A stretch of 64,000 nucleotides of DNA from Patescibacteria group bacterium (GTDB taxonomy: Bacteria; Patescibacteriota; Minisyncoccia; JAHISW01; Tagabacteraceae). A program made the translations under genes and the position numbers. Location: contig JBHPEK010000001.1 in assembly GCA_042577045.1 (NCBI GenBank), positions 15,173 through 79,172 on the forward strand, read 5' to 3'. Under the pieces are notes generated by a model. The model searched no databases, was not told where the DNA came from, and was given only the letters and a program-made list of their open reading frames with translations. Positions within the stretch are counted from its first letter, which is position 1, and each line of letters begins with the position of its first letter. Shown in pieces: positions 63,054-64,000 of this stretch.

Positions 63054-64000
63054 CTATGGTAATTCCTCGGGCTCGGGTTTGGCAACTACTTCTGTGTTGT
63101 CCCTAAGAATTGACGCAGATAGGAATTTCTTTTTAAAAGACTTTGTAAGGTCTATTAACTCTTCGTTTTTAAATAATCTCAAAACCAAGAAGCCCGCAAA
63201 AAGAGCTATGGTGCCAGCCAAAAACCCCTGCATAAAAATTCCTAGAAAAGTATCTAAATTGAAAAAACACGAGAATATTTGCAATCCAAAATAAGCCACC
63301 AAACCAACAACCAATGTGGCAATTTTTATTTGGATTAAAGATTTTTTGAAAAAGTGAGTAATTTTACCAAACTCTTTCTGAAAGAAATAATACAAAAGAA
63401 AAAAGTTTAAAATGGTACCCAAAGAAAACGCTAAAGGAAGGGCCAATACAGAAACACCTACCACATCGTCTACTCTTAAAAGACCACTAAAGAAGTTTTG
63501 AACATCTGTAGAATATTTAAAATAAAAAAGAAATCCTACAGAAAAAATTATAATAAAAATAGAAGAAATAATATTTAAAATAAGTGGTAACTTTGTTTTA
63601 CCTGCGGCATAAAAAGCACGCACCAAAAGAAGAATTAGTCCTTGGGCAAACAAGGAAAGAGCAAAAAGAGCCAAAGAAGCAGCCGTAAGGCGAGTATCTG
63701 TCCACGTAAAAGCTCCGGAACCCAAAACCACTCGAACAATCTGCGCTCGTAAAATAATAAAAAGAACTGTTGCTGGTAAAAGCCAAAATAAGATATGTCG
63801 AAACGAAGAAACTACCAAAGAAAGAAATCTCTCTTTTTCTTTTTGCAAGTGGCTTTTAGCAAGAGAAGGAAAAGCAGCTACACTATAACTTAGGGCAATT
63901 ACACCCAAAGGAATTGCCTGTAAGTTGGAGGCCAAATTGAAAACTGTAATACTTCCTGCTGTCAAAACTGAGGCTAACGCTGTAACCACAGTTAAAACAA
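63054..64000 (-). CDS. murJ: lipid II flippase MurJ/MviN, C-terminal part (continues past the window end)
   Basis: Polytopic; LLVRAFYAAGKTKLP motif typical of MurJ; frame is open to the window edge. Confidence 0.8.
   Translation of the reverse strand, partial: VLTVVTALASVLTAGSITVFNLASNLQAIPLGVIALSYSVAAFPSLAKSHLQKEKERFLSLVVSSFRHILFWLLPATVLFIILRAQIVRVVLGSGAFTWTDTRLTAASLALFALSLFAQGLILLLVRAFYAAGKTKLPLILNIISSIFIIIFSVGFLFYFKYSTDVQNFFSGLLRVDDVVGVSVLALPLAFSLGTILNFFLLYYFFQKEFGKITHFFKKSLIQIKIATLVVGLVAYFGLQIFSCFFNLDTFLGIFMQGFLAGTIALFAGFLVLRLFKNEELIDLTKSFKKKFLSASILRDNTEVVAKPEPEELP

Overview
AT-rich, gene-dense bacterial chromosome segment using the standard code (TGA ends topA at 18323-18325). The mostly housekeeping gene set looks like a reduced, CPR/Patescibacteria-type genome; that placement is inference from gene content only. 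Core genes: serS, dprA, topA, rel, parB, cysK, a fused miaB-miaA, rpmG, clpB, htrA, nifU/nifS, rnhB, dnaE, a short thrS, gyrB, pheT, a short pheS, lepA, a partial murJ, and four tRNAs (Leu-CAA, Trp-CCA, Tyr-GTA, Gly-CCC). No rRNA, CRISPR array, cas gene, integrase or prophage was seen.

The main unexplained signal is a dispersed superfamily of short odd-length palindromes, about 30 copies. Their arms fall into several classes, but almost all share a TCCGA/TCGGA centre. Two IS200/RAYT-like HUH-Y1 transposase genes are each tightly bracketed by their own hairpin class. Orphan copies form mosaic clusters in intergenic DNA. Several copies sit in frame inside intact essential genes (nifS, miaA, lepA, probably gyrB), much like Rickettsia palindromic elements. 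Half-site chimeras and nested insertions point to breakage and joining at the hairpin centre. A second family is centred on ACGATCGT.

Other accessory content: a tRNA-dependent cyclodipeptide synthase; a three-member Cys-rich small-protein family tied to the repeats; a duplicated gene family ending in FPLRFGTCP; a GC-rich island encoding a PEP-CTERM protein; a tRNA-Gly locus flanked by fragments of itself; an orphan radical SAM/SPASM enzyme; and an 864-aa HExxH protein.

All coordinates were hand-indexed and may be off by 1-2 nt. All homology calls come from motif recognition, not searches.
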